From the human T2T-CHM13v2.0 reference genome, Homo sapiens, in assembly GCF_009914755.1 (NCBI RefSeq), contig NC_060928.1: a DNA stretch of 64,000 nucleotides. One strand, written 5' to 3'. The notes under the pieces were generated by a model, which was not told the origin of the DNA, did not search any database, and saw nothing but the letters and a program-made list of their open reading frames with translations. Below, in pieces: positions 1 to 14,635 of the stretch (positions within the stretch are counted from its first letter, which is position 1; the number at the start of each line of letters is the position of its first letter). The position numbers were made by a program, and so were the translations under genes.

Positions 1-3000
1 ATTTTATGTCCAGTATAAAATAAATAGTTTTGGTACTTTGATATTTTATGTACAGTATATAGTTTGAGTACTTTGATATTTAATGTTCAGTTTATTATAA
101 ATGTTTGGGTGCTTTCATATTTTATATACAGTATATAATACATACTTTGGGCACTTTGATATTTTCTGTACAGTATATAATACATACTTTGGGTACTTTG
201 ATATTTTATGTATGGTATATAATACATACATTGGGTACTTTGATATTTTATGTACAGTATATAATATATAGTTTGGTTACTTTGATATTTTATATACAGT
301 ATATAATATATATTATGTGTACTTTGATATATTATGTACAGTATATAATATATAGTATGGGTTGTTTGATATTTTATGTACAGTATATAATATATAGTTT
401 GGGTAGTTTGATATTTTTAGTACAGTATGTAATATATAGTTTGTTTTATTTGATATTTTATGTACAGTATACAATATATAGTATTGGTACTTTGATATTT
501 CATGTAAAGTATATAGTTTGAGTACTTTGATATTTTATATGCAGTTTATTATAAATGTTTGGGTACCTTCATATTTTATGTACAGTATATAATACATACT
601 TTGGGAACTTTTATTTTATGTGCAGTATATAATACATACTTTGGGTACTTTGATATTTCATGTACAGTATATAATACACACTTTGGGTACTTTGATATTT
701 TATGTACAGTATATAATACATACTTTGGGTACTTTGATGTATTATGTACAGTATATAATACATACTTTGGGTACTTTGATATTTTATGTACAGTATATAA
801 TACATACTTTGGGTACTTTGATATTTTATGTACAGTATGTAATACACACTTTGGGTACTTTGATATTTTATGTACAGTATGTAAAACATACTTTGGGTAG
901 TTTGATATATTATGTACAGTATATAATACATACTTTGGGTACTCTGATATTTTATGTACAGTGTATAATACATACTTTGGGTACTTTGATATTTTATGTA
1001 CAGTATATAATACATACATTGGGTACTTTGATATATTATGTACAGTATATAATACTTACTTGGGGTATCTTGATATTTTATGTACAGTATATAATGCATA
1101 CTTTGGGTACTTTGATATTTTATGTACAGTATATAATGCATACTTTGAGTACTTTGATATTTTATGTACAGTATGTAATACATACTTTGGGTACTTTGAT
1201 ATTTTATGTATAGTATATAATACATACTTTGTGTAGTTTGATATTTTATGTACAGTATACAATATATAGTTTGAGTACTTTGATATTTTATGTCCAGTAT
1301 AAAATATATAGTTTTCCTAATTGATATTTTATGTACAGAATATAGTTTGAGTACTTTGATATTTTATGTACACTTTATTATAAATGTTTGGGTACTTTCA
1401 TATTTTATGTACAGTATATAATACATACTTTGGTCTCTTTGATGTTTTATGTACAGTATATAATACATACTTTGGGTTCTTTGATATTTTATGTGCAGAA
1501 TATAATGCATAGTTTTAGGTACTTTTATATTTTATGTACAGTATATAATACATACTTTGGGTACTTTGATATTTTATGTACAGTATATAATACATACTTT
1601 GGGTACTTTGATATTTTATGTACAGTATATAATACATATTATTGGTACTTTGATATTTTATGTACAGTATACAATATATAGTTTGAGTACTTTGATATTT
1701 TATGTCCAGTATAAAATACATAGATTTCATACTTTGATATTTTATGTACAGAATATAGTTTGAGTACTTTGATATTTTATGTACACTTTATCATAAAAGT
1801 TTGGGTACTTTCATATTTTACGTACAGTATTTAATACATACTTTGGGCACTTTGATGTTTTATGTACAGTATATAATACATACTTTGGGTTCTTTGATAT
1901 GTTATGTACAGCATATAGTACATAATTTGGGGACTTTTATATTTTATGTACATTATATAATACATACTTTGGGTACTTTTATATTTTATGTACGGTATAT
2001 AATACACACTTTGGGTACTTTGATATATTATGTACAGTATATAATACATACTTTGGGTACTTTGATATATTATGTACAGTATATAATACATACTAAGGGT
2101 ACTTTGACATTTTATGTACAGTACATAATACATACTTTGGGTACTTTGATATTTTATGTACAGTATATAATGCATACTTTGGATACTATGATATTTTATG
2201 TACAGAATATAATACATACTTTGGGTACTTTTATATTTTATGTACAGTATATAATATATAGTTTGCGTACTTTGATATTTTATGTACGGTATATAATACA
2301 TACTTTGGGTACTTTGATATTTTATGTACAGTATATAATACATACTTTGGGTACTCTGATATTTTATGTACACTATACAATATATAGTTTGAATACTTTG
2401 ATATTTTATGTACTGTATAAATATATAGTTTTCGTACTTTGATATTTTATGTACAATATATAGTTTGAGTACTTTGATATTTTATGTACAGTTTTTTATA
2501 AATGTTTCGGTGCTTTCATATTTTATGTACAGTATATAATACATACAAAGGGCACTTTGATATTTTATGTACAGTATATAATACATACTTTGGGTACTCT
2601 GATATTTTATGTACAGTGTATAATACATACTTTGGGTACTTTGATATTTTATGTACAATATATAATACATACGTTGGGAACTTTGATATATTATGTACAG
2701 TATATAATACATACTTTGGGTACTTTGATATTTTATCTACAGTATACAACACATAGTTTGTGTACTTTGATATTTTAGGTACAGTATATAATACATACTT
2801 TGGGTACTTTGATATTTTATGTACAGTATATAATACATACATTGGGTACTTTCATATTTTATGTACAGTATATAATATATAGTTTGGTTACTTTGATATT
2901 TCATCTACAGCTTATAATACATACTTTGGATACTTTGATACTTTATGTACAGTATATAATACATAATTTGGGTACTTTGTTATTTTATGTACAGTATACA

Positions 3001-6000
3001 ATATATAGTTTGAGTACTTTGATATCTTATGTGCAGTATAAAATATATAGTTTTGGTACTTTCATATTTTATGTACAGTATATAGTTTGAGTACTTTGAT
3101 ATTTTATGTACAGTTTTTTATAAATGTTTGGGTGCTTTCATATTTTATGTACAGTATATAATACATACTAAGGGCACTTTGATATTTTATGTACAGTATA
3201 TAATACATACCTTGGGTACTTTGATATTTTATGTACAGTATATAATACATATTTTGGGTACTTTGATATTGTATGTACAGTATATAATACATACTTTGGG
3301 AACTTTGATATTTTATGTACAGTATGTAGAACATACTTTGGGTACTTTGATATTTTATGTACAGGATATAATGCATACTTTGGGTACTTTGATAGTTTAT
3401 GTACAGTATATAATACATACTTTGGGTACTTTGATATTTTATGTATAGTATAAAATATATAGTTTGGGTACTTTGATATTTTATGTACAGTATGTAAAAC
3501 ATACTTTGGGGAGTTTGATATTTTATGTACAGTATGTAAAACATACTTTGGGGAGTTTGATATTTTATGAACAGTATATAATACACATTTTGTGTACTTT
3601 GATATTTTATGTAAAGTATATAATACATACTTTGGGTACTTTGATATTTTATGTACAGTATATATTACATACTTTGGGTACTTTGATATTTTATGTACAG
3701 TATACAATATATAGTTTGAGTACTTTGATATTTTATGTACTGTATAAAATATATAGTTTTGGTACTTTGATATTTTATGTACAGTATATAGTTTGAGTAC
3801 TTTGATATTTTATGTACAGTTTGTTATAAATATTTTGGTGCTTTCATATTTTATGTACTGTATATAATACATGCTTTGGGCACTTTGATATTTTATGTAC
3901 AGTATATAATACATACTTTGGGTAATCTGATATTTTATGTACAGTGTATAATATATACTTTGGGTACTTTGATATTTTATGTACACTATATAATACATAC
4001 TATTGGTACTTTGATATTTTATGTACAGTATACAATATATAGTTTGAGAACTTTGATATTTTATGTCCAGTATAAAATATATAGATTTCGTACTTTGATA
4101 TTTTATGTACAGAATATAGTTTGAGTACTTTGATATTTTATGTACACTTTATTATAAAAGTTTGGGTACTTTCATATTTTACGTACAGTATATAATACAT
4201 ACTTTGGGCACTTTGATGTTTTATGCACAGTATATAATACATACTTTGGGTACTTTTATATTTTATGTACAGTATATAATACATGTTTTGGGTACTTTTC
4301 TATTTTATGTACAGTATATAATGCATACTTTGGGTACTTTGATAGTTTATGTACAGTATACAATACATACTTTGGGTACTTTGATATTTTTTGTACAGTA
4401 TATAATATGTAGTTTGGGTACTTTGATATTTTAACTGCAGTATATAATACATACTTTGGGTACTTTGATATTTTATCTACAGTATATAATAGATACTTTG
4501 GGTACTTTGATATATTATGTACAGTATATAATACATAGTTTGGTTACTTTGATATTTTTTGTACAGTATGTAAATCATACTTTGGGGAGTTTGATATTTT
4601 ATGAACAGTATATAATACACATTTTGGGTACTTTGATATTTTATGTACGGTATATAATACATACTTTGGGTACTTTGATATTTTATGTACAGTATATAAT
4701 TCATACTTTGGGTACTTTGATATTTTATGTACAGTATATAATACATACATTGGGTACTTCGATATTTTATGTGCAGTAACCTATGTATAGTTTGGGTACT
4801 TTGATATTTTATGTCCAGTATAAAATAAATAGTTTTGGTACTTTGATATTTTATGTACAGTATATAGTTTGAGTACTTTCATATTTAATGTTCAGTTTAT
4901 TATAAATGTTTGGGTGCTTTCATATTTTATATACAGTATATAATACATACTTTGGGCACTTTGATATTTTCTGTACAGTATATAATACATACTTTGGGTA
5001 CTTTGATATTTTATGTACGGTATATAATACATACATTGGGTACTTTGATATTTTATGTACAGTATATAATATATAGTTTGGTTACTTTGATATTTTATAT
5101 ACAGTATATAATATATATTATCTGTACTTTGATAAATTATGTACAGTATATAATATATAGTATGGGTTGTTTGATATTTTATGTACAGTATATAATATAT
5201 AGTTTGGGTAGTTTGATATTTTTAGTACAGTATGTAATATATAGTTTGTTTTATTTGATATTTTATGTACAGTATACAATATATAGTGTTGGTACTTTGA
5301 TATTTCATGTAAAGTATATAATTTGAGTACTTTGATATTTTATATGCAGTTTATTATAAATGTTTGGGTACCTTCATATTTTATGTACAGTATATAATAC
5401 ATACTTTGGGAACTTTTACTTTATGTGCAGTATATAATACATACTTTGGGTACTTTGATATTTTATGTACAGTATATAATATATACTTTGGGAACTTTGA
5501 TATTTTATGTACAGTATGTAAAACATACTTCGGGTACTTTGATATTTTATGTACAGTACATAATACATACTATTGGTACTTTGATATTTTATGTACATTA
5601 TACAATATATAGTTTGAGTACTTTGATATTTTATGTCCAGGATAAAATACATAGATTTCATACTTTAATATTTTATGTACAGAAGATAGTTTGAGTACTT
5701 TGATATTGTATGTACACTTTATTATAAAAGTTTGGGTACTTTCATATTTTACGTACAGTACATAATACACACTTTGGGCACTTTGATGTTTTATGTACAG
5801 TATATAATACATACTTTAGGTTCTTTTATATTTTATGTACAGCATATAATACAAAATTTGGGGACTTTTATATTTTATGTACATTATATAATACATACTT
5901 TGGGTACTTTTATATTTTATGTACGGTATATAATACATACTTTGGGTACTTTGATATATTATGTACAGTATATAATACATACTTTGGGTACTTTGATATA

Positions 6001-9000
6001 TTATGTACAGTTTATAATACATACTTAGGGTACTTTGACATTTTATGTACAGTATATAATACATACTTTGGGTACTTTGATATTTTATGAACAGTATATA
6101 AAACATACTTTGGGTACTTTGATATTTTATGTACTGTATATAATACATACTTTGGGTACTTTTATATTTTATGTACAGTATATAATATATAGTTTGGGTA
6201 CTTTGATATTTTATGTACGGTATATAATACATACGTTGGGTACTTTGATATTTTATGTATAGTATATAATACATTCTTTGGGTACTTTGATATTGTATGT
6301 ACAGTATACAATATATAGTTTGAGTACTTTGATATTTTATGTACAGTTTTTTATAAATATTTTGGTGCTTTCATATTTTATGTACAGTATATAATACATA
6401 CAAAGCGCACTTTGATATTTTATGTACAGTATATAATACATACTTTGGGTACTCTGATATTTTATGTACAGTGTATAATACATACTTTGGGTACTTTGAT
6501 ATTTTATGTACAATATATAATACATACGTTGGGAACTTTGATATATTATGTACAGTATATAATTCATACTTTGGGTACTTTGATATTTTATGTACAGTAT
6601 ATAATACATAGTTTGTGTACTTTGATATTTTATGTACAGTATATAATACATACTTTGGGTACTTTGATATTTTATATACAGTATATAATACATACTTTGG
6701 GTACTTTCATATTTTATGTACAGTATATAATACATACTTTGGGTAGTTTGATATTTTATGTACAGTATACAATATATAGTTTGAGTACTTTGATATTTTA
6801 TGTGCAGTATAAAATATATAGTTTTGGTACTTTGATATTTTATGTACAGTTTATAGTTTGAATACTTTGATATTTTATGTACAGTTTATTATAAATGTTT
6901 GGGTACTTTCATATTTGATGTACAGTATATAATACATAATCTGGGCACTTTGATATTTTATGTACAGTATATAATACATACTTTGGGTACTTTGATATTT
7001 TATGTACAGTATATAATACATACTTTGGGTATCTTGATATTTTATGTACAGTATATAATGCATACTTTGGGTTCTTTGATATTTTATGTACAGTATATAA
7101 TGCATACTTTGAGTACTTTGATATTTTATATACAGTATATAATACATACTTTGGGTACTTTCATATTTTATGTACAGTATATAATACATACTTTGTGTAG
7201 TTTCATATTTTATGTACAGTATACAATATATAGTTTGAGTACTTTGATATTTTATGTCCAGTATAAAATATATAGTTTTCGTAATTGATATTTTATGTAC
7301 AGAATATAGTTTGAGTACTTTGATATTTTATGTACACTTTATTATAAATGTTTGGGTACTTTCATATTTTATGTACAGTATATAATACATACTTTGGTCT
7401 CTTTGATGTTTTATGTACAGTATATAATACATACTTTGGGTTCTTTGATATTTTATGTGCAGAATATAATGCATAGTTTTAGGTACTTTTATATTTTATG
7501 TACAGTATATAATACATACTTTTCGTACTTTGATATTTTATATACAGTATATAATACATACTTTGGGTACTTTTATATTTTATGTACAGTATATAATACA
7601 TACTTTGGGTACTTTGATATATTATGTACAGTATATAATACATAATTTGTCTACTGTGATATATTATGTACAGTATATAATACATACTTTGGGTACTTTG
7701 ATATTTTATGTACAGAATATAATGCATACTTTGGGTACTTTGATATTTTATGTACAGTATATAATACATACTTTGGGTACTTTGATATTTTATGTACAGT
7801 ATATAATACATACTTTGGTACTTTTATATTTCATGTACAGTATATAATATATAGTTTGGGTACTTTGATATTTTATGTACAGTATATAATATATAGTTTG
7901 GGTACTTTGATATTTTATGTACGGTATATAATACATACTTTGGGTACTTTGACATTTTATGTATAGTATATAATACATACTTTGGGTACTTTGATATTGT
8001 ATGTACAGTATACAATATATAGTTTGAGTACTTTGATATTTTATGTACTGTATAAAATATATAGTTTTGGTACTTTGATATTTTATGTATAGTATATAGT
8101 TTGAGTACTTTGATATTTTATGTACAGTTTTTTATAAATATTTGGGTGCTTTCTTATTTTATGTACAGTATATAATACATACTAAGCGCACTTTGATATT
8201 TTATGTACAGTATAGAATACATACTTTGGTTACTCTGATATTTTATGTACAGTGTATAATACATACTTTGGGTACTTTGATATTTTATGTACAATATATA
8301 ATACATACGTTGGGAACTTTGATATATTATGTACAGTATATAATTCATACTTTGGGTACTTTGATATTTTATGTACAGTATATAATGCATAGTTTGTGTA
8401 CTTTGATATTTTATGTACAGTATATAATACATACTTTGGGTACTTTGATATTTTATATACAGTATATAATACATACTTTGGGTACTTTCATATTTTATGT
8501 ACAGTATATAATATATAGTTTGGGTACTTTGATATTTTATCTACAGCTTCTAATACATACTTTGGGTACTTTGATATTTTATGTACAGTATATAATACAT
8601 ACTTTGGGTAGTTTGATATTTTATGTATAGTATACAATATATAGTTTGAGTACTTTCATATTTTATCTGCAGTATAAAATATATAGTTTTGGTACTTTGA
8701 TATTTTATGTACAGTTTATAGTTTGAGTACTTTGATATTTTATGTACAGTTTATTATAAATGGTTGGGTACTTTCATATTTGATGTACAGTATATAATAC
8801 ATAATTTGGGCACTTTGATATTTTATGTACAGTATATAATACATACTTTGGGTACTTTTATATTTTATGTTCAGTATATAATACATAATTTGGGTACTTT
8901 GATATTTAATGTACAGTATATAATACACACTTTGCGTACTTTGATATTTTATGTAAAGCATGTAATACATACTTTGGGCACTTTGATATTTTATGTACAG

Positions 9001-9760
9001 TATGTAATACACACTTTGGGTACTTTGATATTTTATGTACAGTATGTAAAAGATACTTTGGGTAGTTTGATATATTATGTACAGTATATAATACATACTT
9101 TGGGTACTCTGATATTTTATGTACAGTGTATAATACATACTTTGGGTACTTTGATATTTTATGTACAGTATATAATACATACATTGGGTACTTTGATATA
9201 TTATGTACAGTATATAATACTTACTTGGGGTACTTTGATGTTTTATGTACAGTATATAATACATACTTTGTGTACTTTGATATTTTATGTACAGTATATA
9301 ATACATACTTTGGGTACTTTGATATTTTATGTACAGTATATAATACATACTTTGGGTATCTTGATATTTTATGTACAGTATATAATGCATACTTTGGGTA
9401 CTTTGATATTTTATGTACAGTATATAATGCATACTTTGAGTACTTTGATATTTTATGTACAGCATGTAATACATACTTTGGGTACTTTGATATTTTTTGT
9501 ACAGTATGTAATACATAATTTGGGTACTTTAATATTTTATGTATAGTATATAATACATACTTCGGGTTCTTTGATATTTTATGTACAGTATATAATACAT
9601 ACATTGGGTACCTTCATATTTCATGTACAGTATATAATATATAGTTTGGATACTTTGGTATATTATGTACTGTATATAATACATACTTTGAGTACTTTGA
9701 TATTTTATGTACAGTATATAATACATACTTTGCGTACTTTGATATTTTATGTCCAGTATA
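1..9760. repeat. Near-identical block A, copy 1 (copy 2 at 14409-24209)
   Basis: The ORF track repeats at offsets 14408 (105/14513), 14451 (2482/16933) and 14449 (3810/18259 to 9529/23978). Diagnostic variants match by eye. The match ends after gcgtactttgatattttatgtccagtata. Confidence 0.93.
2972..3215. repeat. Representative cassette-boundary signature: two variant 42-mers, a 35-mer, a 41-mer and two variant 42-mers; recurs across the window
   Basis: 2972-3013 ends cagtatacaatatatagtttga; 3014-3055 ends cagtataaaatatatagttttg; 3056-3090 is 35 bp (cagtatatagtttga); 3091-3131 is 41 bp (cagttttttataaatgtttgg); 3132 starts gtgctttcat; 3174 starts gcactttgat. I count twenty 41-mers in 1-14408. 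Confidence 0.9.
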
Positions 9761-12700
9761 TAATCCATAGTTTGTGTACTTTGATATTTTATGTACAGTA
9801 TATAATACATACTTTGGGTACTTTGATATTTTATGTACAGTATATAATACATACTATTGGTACTTTGATATTTTATGTACAGTATAGAATATATAGTTTG
9901 AGTACTTTGATATTTTACATCCAGTATAAAATATATAGTTTTCGTAATTGATATTTTATGTACAGAATATAGTTTGAGTACTTTGATATTTTATGTACAC
10001 TTTATTATAAATGTTTGGGTACTTTCATATTTTATGTACAGTATATAATACATACTTTGGTCTCTTTGATGTTTTATGTACAGTATATAATACATACTTT
10101 GCGTTCTTTGATATTTTATGTACAGAATATAATGCATAGTTTTAGGTACTTTTATATTTTATGTACAGTATATAATATATACTTTGGGTACTTCGATATT
10201 TTATGTACAGTATATAATACATACTTTGGGAACTTTGATATTTTATGTACAGTATGTAATACATACTTTGGGTACTTTGATATTTTATGTACAGTATATA
10301 ATACATACTATTGGTACTTTGATATTTTATGTACAGTATACAATATATAGTTTGAGTACTTTGATATTTTATATCCAGTATAAAATATATAGATTTCATA
10401 CTTTGATATTTTATGTACTGAATGTAGTTTGAGTACTTTGATATTTTATGTACACTTTATTATAAAAGTTTGGGTACTTTCATATTTTACGTACAGTATA
10501 TAATACATACTTTGGGCACTTTGATGTTTTATGTACAGTATATAATACATACTTTGGGTTCTTTGATATTTTATGTACAGCATATAATACATAATTTGGG
10601 GACTTTTATATTTTATGTACATTATATTATACATACTTTGGGTACTTTTATATTTTATGTACGGTATATAATACATACTTTGGGTACTTTGATATATTAT
10701 GTACCGTATATAATACATACTTTGGGTACTTTGATATATTATGTACAGTATATAATACATACTAAGGGTACTTTGACATTTTATGTACAGTACATAATAC
10801 TTACTTTGGGTACTTTGATATATTATATACAGTATATAATGCATACTTTGGATACTTTGATATTTTATGTATAGTATATAATACATACTTTGGGTACTTT
10901 GATATTTTATGTACAGTATGTAATACATAATTTGGGTAATTTAATATTTTATGTATAGTATATAATACATACTTTGGGTACTTTGATATTTTATGGACAG
11001 TGTATAATACATACTTTGGGTACTTTGATATTTTATGTACAGTGTATAATATATAGTTTGGGTACTTTGATATTTTATATACAGTATATAATACATACTT
11101 TGGGTACTTTGATATTTTATGTACAGTATATAATATATAGTTTGGGTACTTTGATATTTTATGTACGGTATATAATACATACTTTGGGTACTTTGATATT
11201 TTATTTACAGTATATAATACATGCTTTGGGTACTTTGATATTTTATGTACAGTATATAATACATACTTTGGATACTTTGATATTTTATGTACAGTATACA
11301 ATATATAGTTTGAGTACTTTGATATTTTATGTGCAGTATAAAATATATAGTTTTGGTACTTTGATATTTTATGTACAGTATATAGTTTGAGTACTTTGAT
11401 ATTTTATGTACAGTTTGTTAAAAATGTTTGGGTGCTTTCATATTTTATGTACAGTATATAATACATACTTTGGGCACTTTGATATCTTATGTACAGTATA
11501 TAATACATATTTTGGGTACTCTGATATTTTATGTACAGTGTATAATACATAATTTGTGTACTTTGATATTTTATGTACAGTATATAATACATACGTTGGG
11601 TACTTTGATATATTATGTACAGTATATAATAAATACTTTGGGTACTTTGATATTTTATGTACAGTATATAATCCATAGTTTGTGTACTTTGATATTTTAT
11701 GTACAGTATATAATACATACTTTGGGTACTTTGATATTTTATGTACAGTATATAATACATACTTTGGGTACTTTCATGTTTTATGTACAGTATATAATAT
11801 ATAGTTTGGGTACTTTGATATTTTATGTACGGTATATAATACATACTTTGGGTACTTTGATATTTTATGTACAGTATATAATACATAATTTGGGTACTTT
11901 GATATTTTATGTACAGTATACAATATATAGTTTGAGTACTTTGATATTTTATGTGCAGTATAAAATATATAGTGTTGGTAGTTTGATGTTTTATGTACAG
12001 TATATATTTTGAGTACTTTGATATTTTATGTACGGTATATAATACATACTTTGGGAACTTTGATATTTTATGTACAGTATGTAAAACATACTTTGGGTAC
12101 TTTGATATTTTATGTACAGGATATAATGCATACTTTGGGTACTTTGATAGTTTATGTACAGTATATAATACATACTTTGGGTACTTTGATATTTTATGTA
12201 TAGTATAAAATATATAGTTTGGGTAGTTTGATATTTTATGTACAGTATGTAAAAGATACTTTGGGGAGTTTGATATTATATGTACAGTATGTAAAACATG
12301 CTTTGGGGAGTTTGATATTTTATGAACAGTATATAATACACATTTTGTGTACTTTGATATTTTATGTACAGTATATAATACAAACTTTGGGTTCTTTGAT
12401 ATTTTATGTACAGAATATAATGCATAGTTTTAGGTACTTTTATATTTTATGTACAGTATATAATACATATTTTGGGTACTTTGATATTTTATGTACAGTA
12501 TATAATACATACTTTGGGAACTTTGATATTTTATGTACAGTATGTAATACATACTTTGGGTACTTTGATATTTTATGTACAGTATATAATACATACTATT
12601 GGTACTTTGATATTTTATGTACAGTATACAATATGTAGTTTGAGTACTTTGATATTTTATGTCCAGTATAAAATATATAGATTTCATACTTTGATATTTT

Positions 12701-12845
12701 TGTACTGAATGTAGTTTGAGTACTTTGATATTTTATGTACACTTTATTATAAAAGTTTGGGTACTTTGATATTTTACGTACAGTATATAATACATACTTT
12801 GGGCACTTTGATGTTTTATGTACAGTATATAATACATACTTTGGG
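9754..12845. repeat. Near-identical block B, copy 1 (copy 2 at 36610-39701)
   Basis: Constant offset 26856 in the ORF track (10015/36871, 11428/38284, 12757/39613). Shared rare variants include taatccatag, agtgttggtagtttgatg and ttgatatttttgtactgaatg. Confidence 0.92.
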
Positions 12846-12951
12846 CACTTTGATGTTTTATGTACAGTATATAATACATACTTTAGGTTCTTTTATATTT
12901 TATGTACAGCATATAATACAAAATTTGGGGACTTTTATATTTTATGTACAT

Positions 12952-14635
12952 TATATAATACATACTTTGGGTACTTTTATATTTTATGTACGGTATATAA
13001 TACATACTTTGGGTACTTTGATATATTATGTACAGTATATAATACATACTTTGGGCACTTTGATGTTTTATGTACAGTATATAATACATACTTTGGGTTC
13101 TTTGATATGTTATGTACAGCATATAGTACATAATTTGGGGACTTTTATATTTTATGTACATTATATAATACATACTTTGGGTACTTTTATATTTTATGTA
13201 CAGTATATAATACATACTTTGGGTACTTTGATATATTATGTACAGTATATAATACATACTTAGGTTACTTTGACATTTTATGTACAGTACATAATACATA
13301 CTTTGGGTACTTTGATATTTTATGTACAGTATATAATACATACTTTGGGTACTTTGATATTTTATGTACAGTATATAATACATGTTTTGGGTACTTTTAT
13401 ATTTTATGTACAGTATATAATATATAGTTTGGGTACTTTGATATTTTATGTACGGTATATAATACATACTTTGGGTACTTTGATATTTTATGTACAGTAT
13501 ATAATACATACTTTGGGTACTTTGATACTTTATGTACAGTATATAATACATACTTTGGGTACTTTGATATTTAATGTACAGTATATAATACACACTTTGC
13601 GTACTTTGATATTTTATGTAAAGTATGTAATTCATACTTTGGGTACTTTGATATTTTATGTACAGTATGTAATACACGCTTTGGGTACTTTGATATTTTA
13701 TGTAGAGTATGTAAAACATACTTTGGGTAGTTTGGTATTTTATGATCAGTATATAATACATATTTTGGGTACTTTGATATTTTATGTACAGTATATAATA
13801 CATACTTTGGGTACTTTGATATTTTATGTACAGTATATAATGCATAATTTGGGTACTTCAATAGTTTATGCACAGTATATAATACATACTTTGGGTAATT
13901 TGATATTTTATGTACAGTATATAATGCATACTTTGGGTACTTTGATAGTTTATGTACAGTATACAATACATACTTTGGGTACTTTGATATTTTATGTACA
14001 GTATATAATATGTAGTTTGGGTACTTTGATATTTTAACTACAGTATATAATACATACTTTGGGTACTTTGATATTTTATCTACAGTATATAATAGATACT
14101 TTGGGTACTTTGATATATTATGTACAGTATATAATACATAGTTTGGTTACTTTGATATTTTTTGTACAGTATGTAAAACATACTTTGGGGAGTTTGATAT
14201 TTTATGAACAGTATATAATACACATTTTGGGTACTTTGATATTTTATGTACGGTATATAATACATACTTTGGGTACTTTGATATTTTATGTACAGTATAT
14301 AATTCATACTTTGGGTACTTTGATATTTTATGTACAGTATATAATACATACATTGGGTACTTCGATATTTTATGTGCAGTACCCTATATATAGTTTGGGT
14401 ACTTTGATATTTTATGTCCAGTATAAAATAAATAGTTTTGGTACTTTGATATTTTATGTACAGTATATAGTTTGAGTACTTTGATATTTAATGTTCAGTT
14501 TATTATAAATGTTTGGGTGCTTTCATATTTTATATACAGTATATAATACATACTTTGGGCACTTTGATATTTTCTGTACAGTATATAATACATACTTTGG
14601 GTACTTTGATATTTTATGTATGGTATATAATACAT
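12952..14635. repeat. Block C (copy at 53132-54815; related copies near 44.0-45.1 kb and 47.7-49.1 kb)
   Basis: Offset 40180 (13270/53450, 14059/54239, 14513/54693) and offset 34496 (13270/47766, 14513/49009). Shared variants include tatgatcag, acttcaatagtttatgcac and ttttaactacag. Confidence 0.88.

Noticed and set aside
2411-2430. 1-bp shorter A-run than the paralogue at about 16870
   Set aside because: A single homopolymer indel cannot be told from a sequencing error without reads.
12883-14037. Longest ORFs (320 aa minus strand, 255 aa plus strand) as possible repeat-protein genes
   Set aside because: They simply span the longest run of unbroken 42-mers, lie antisense to each other and are pure satellite translation.
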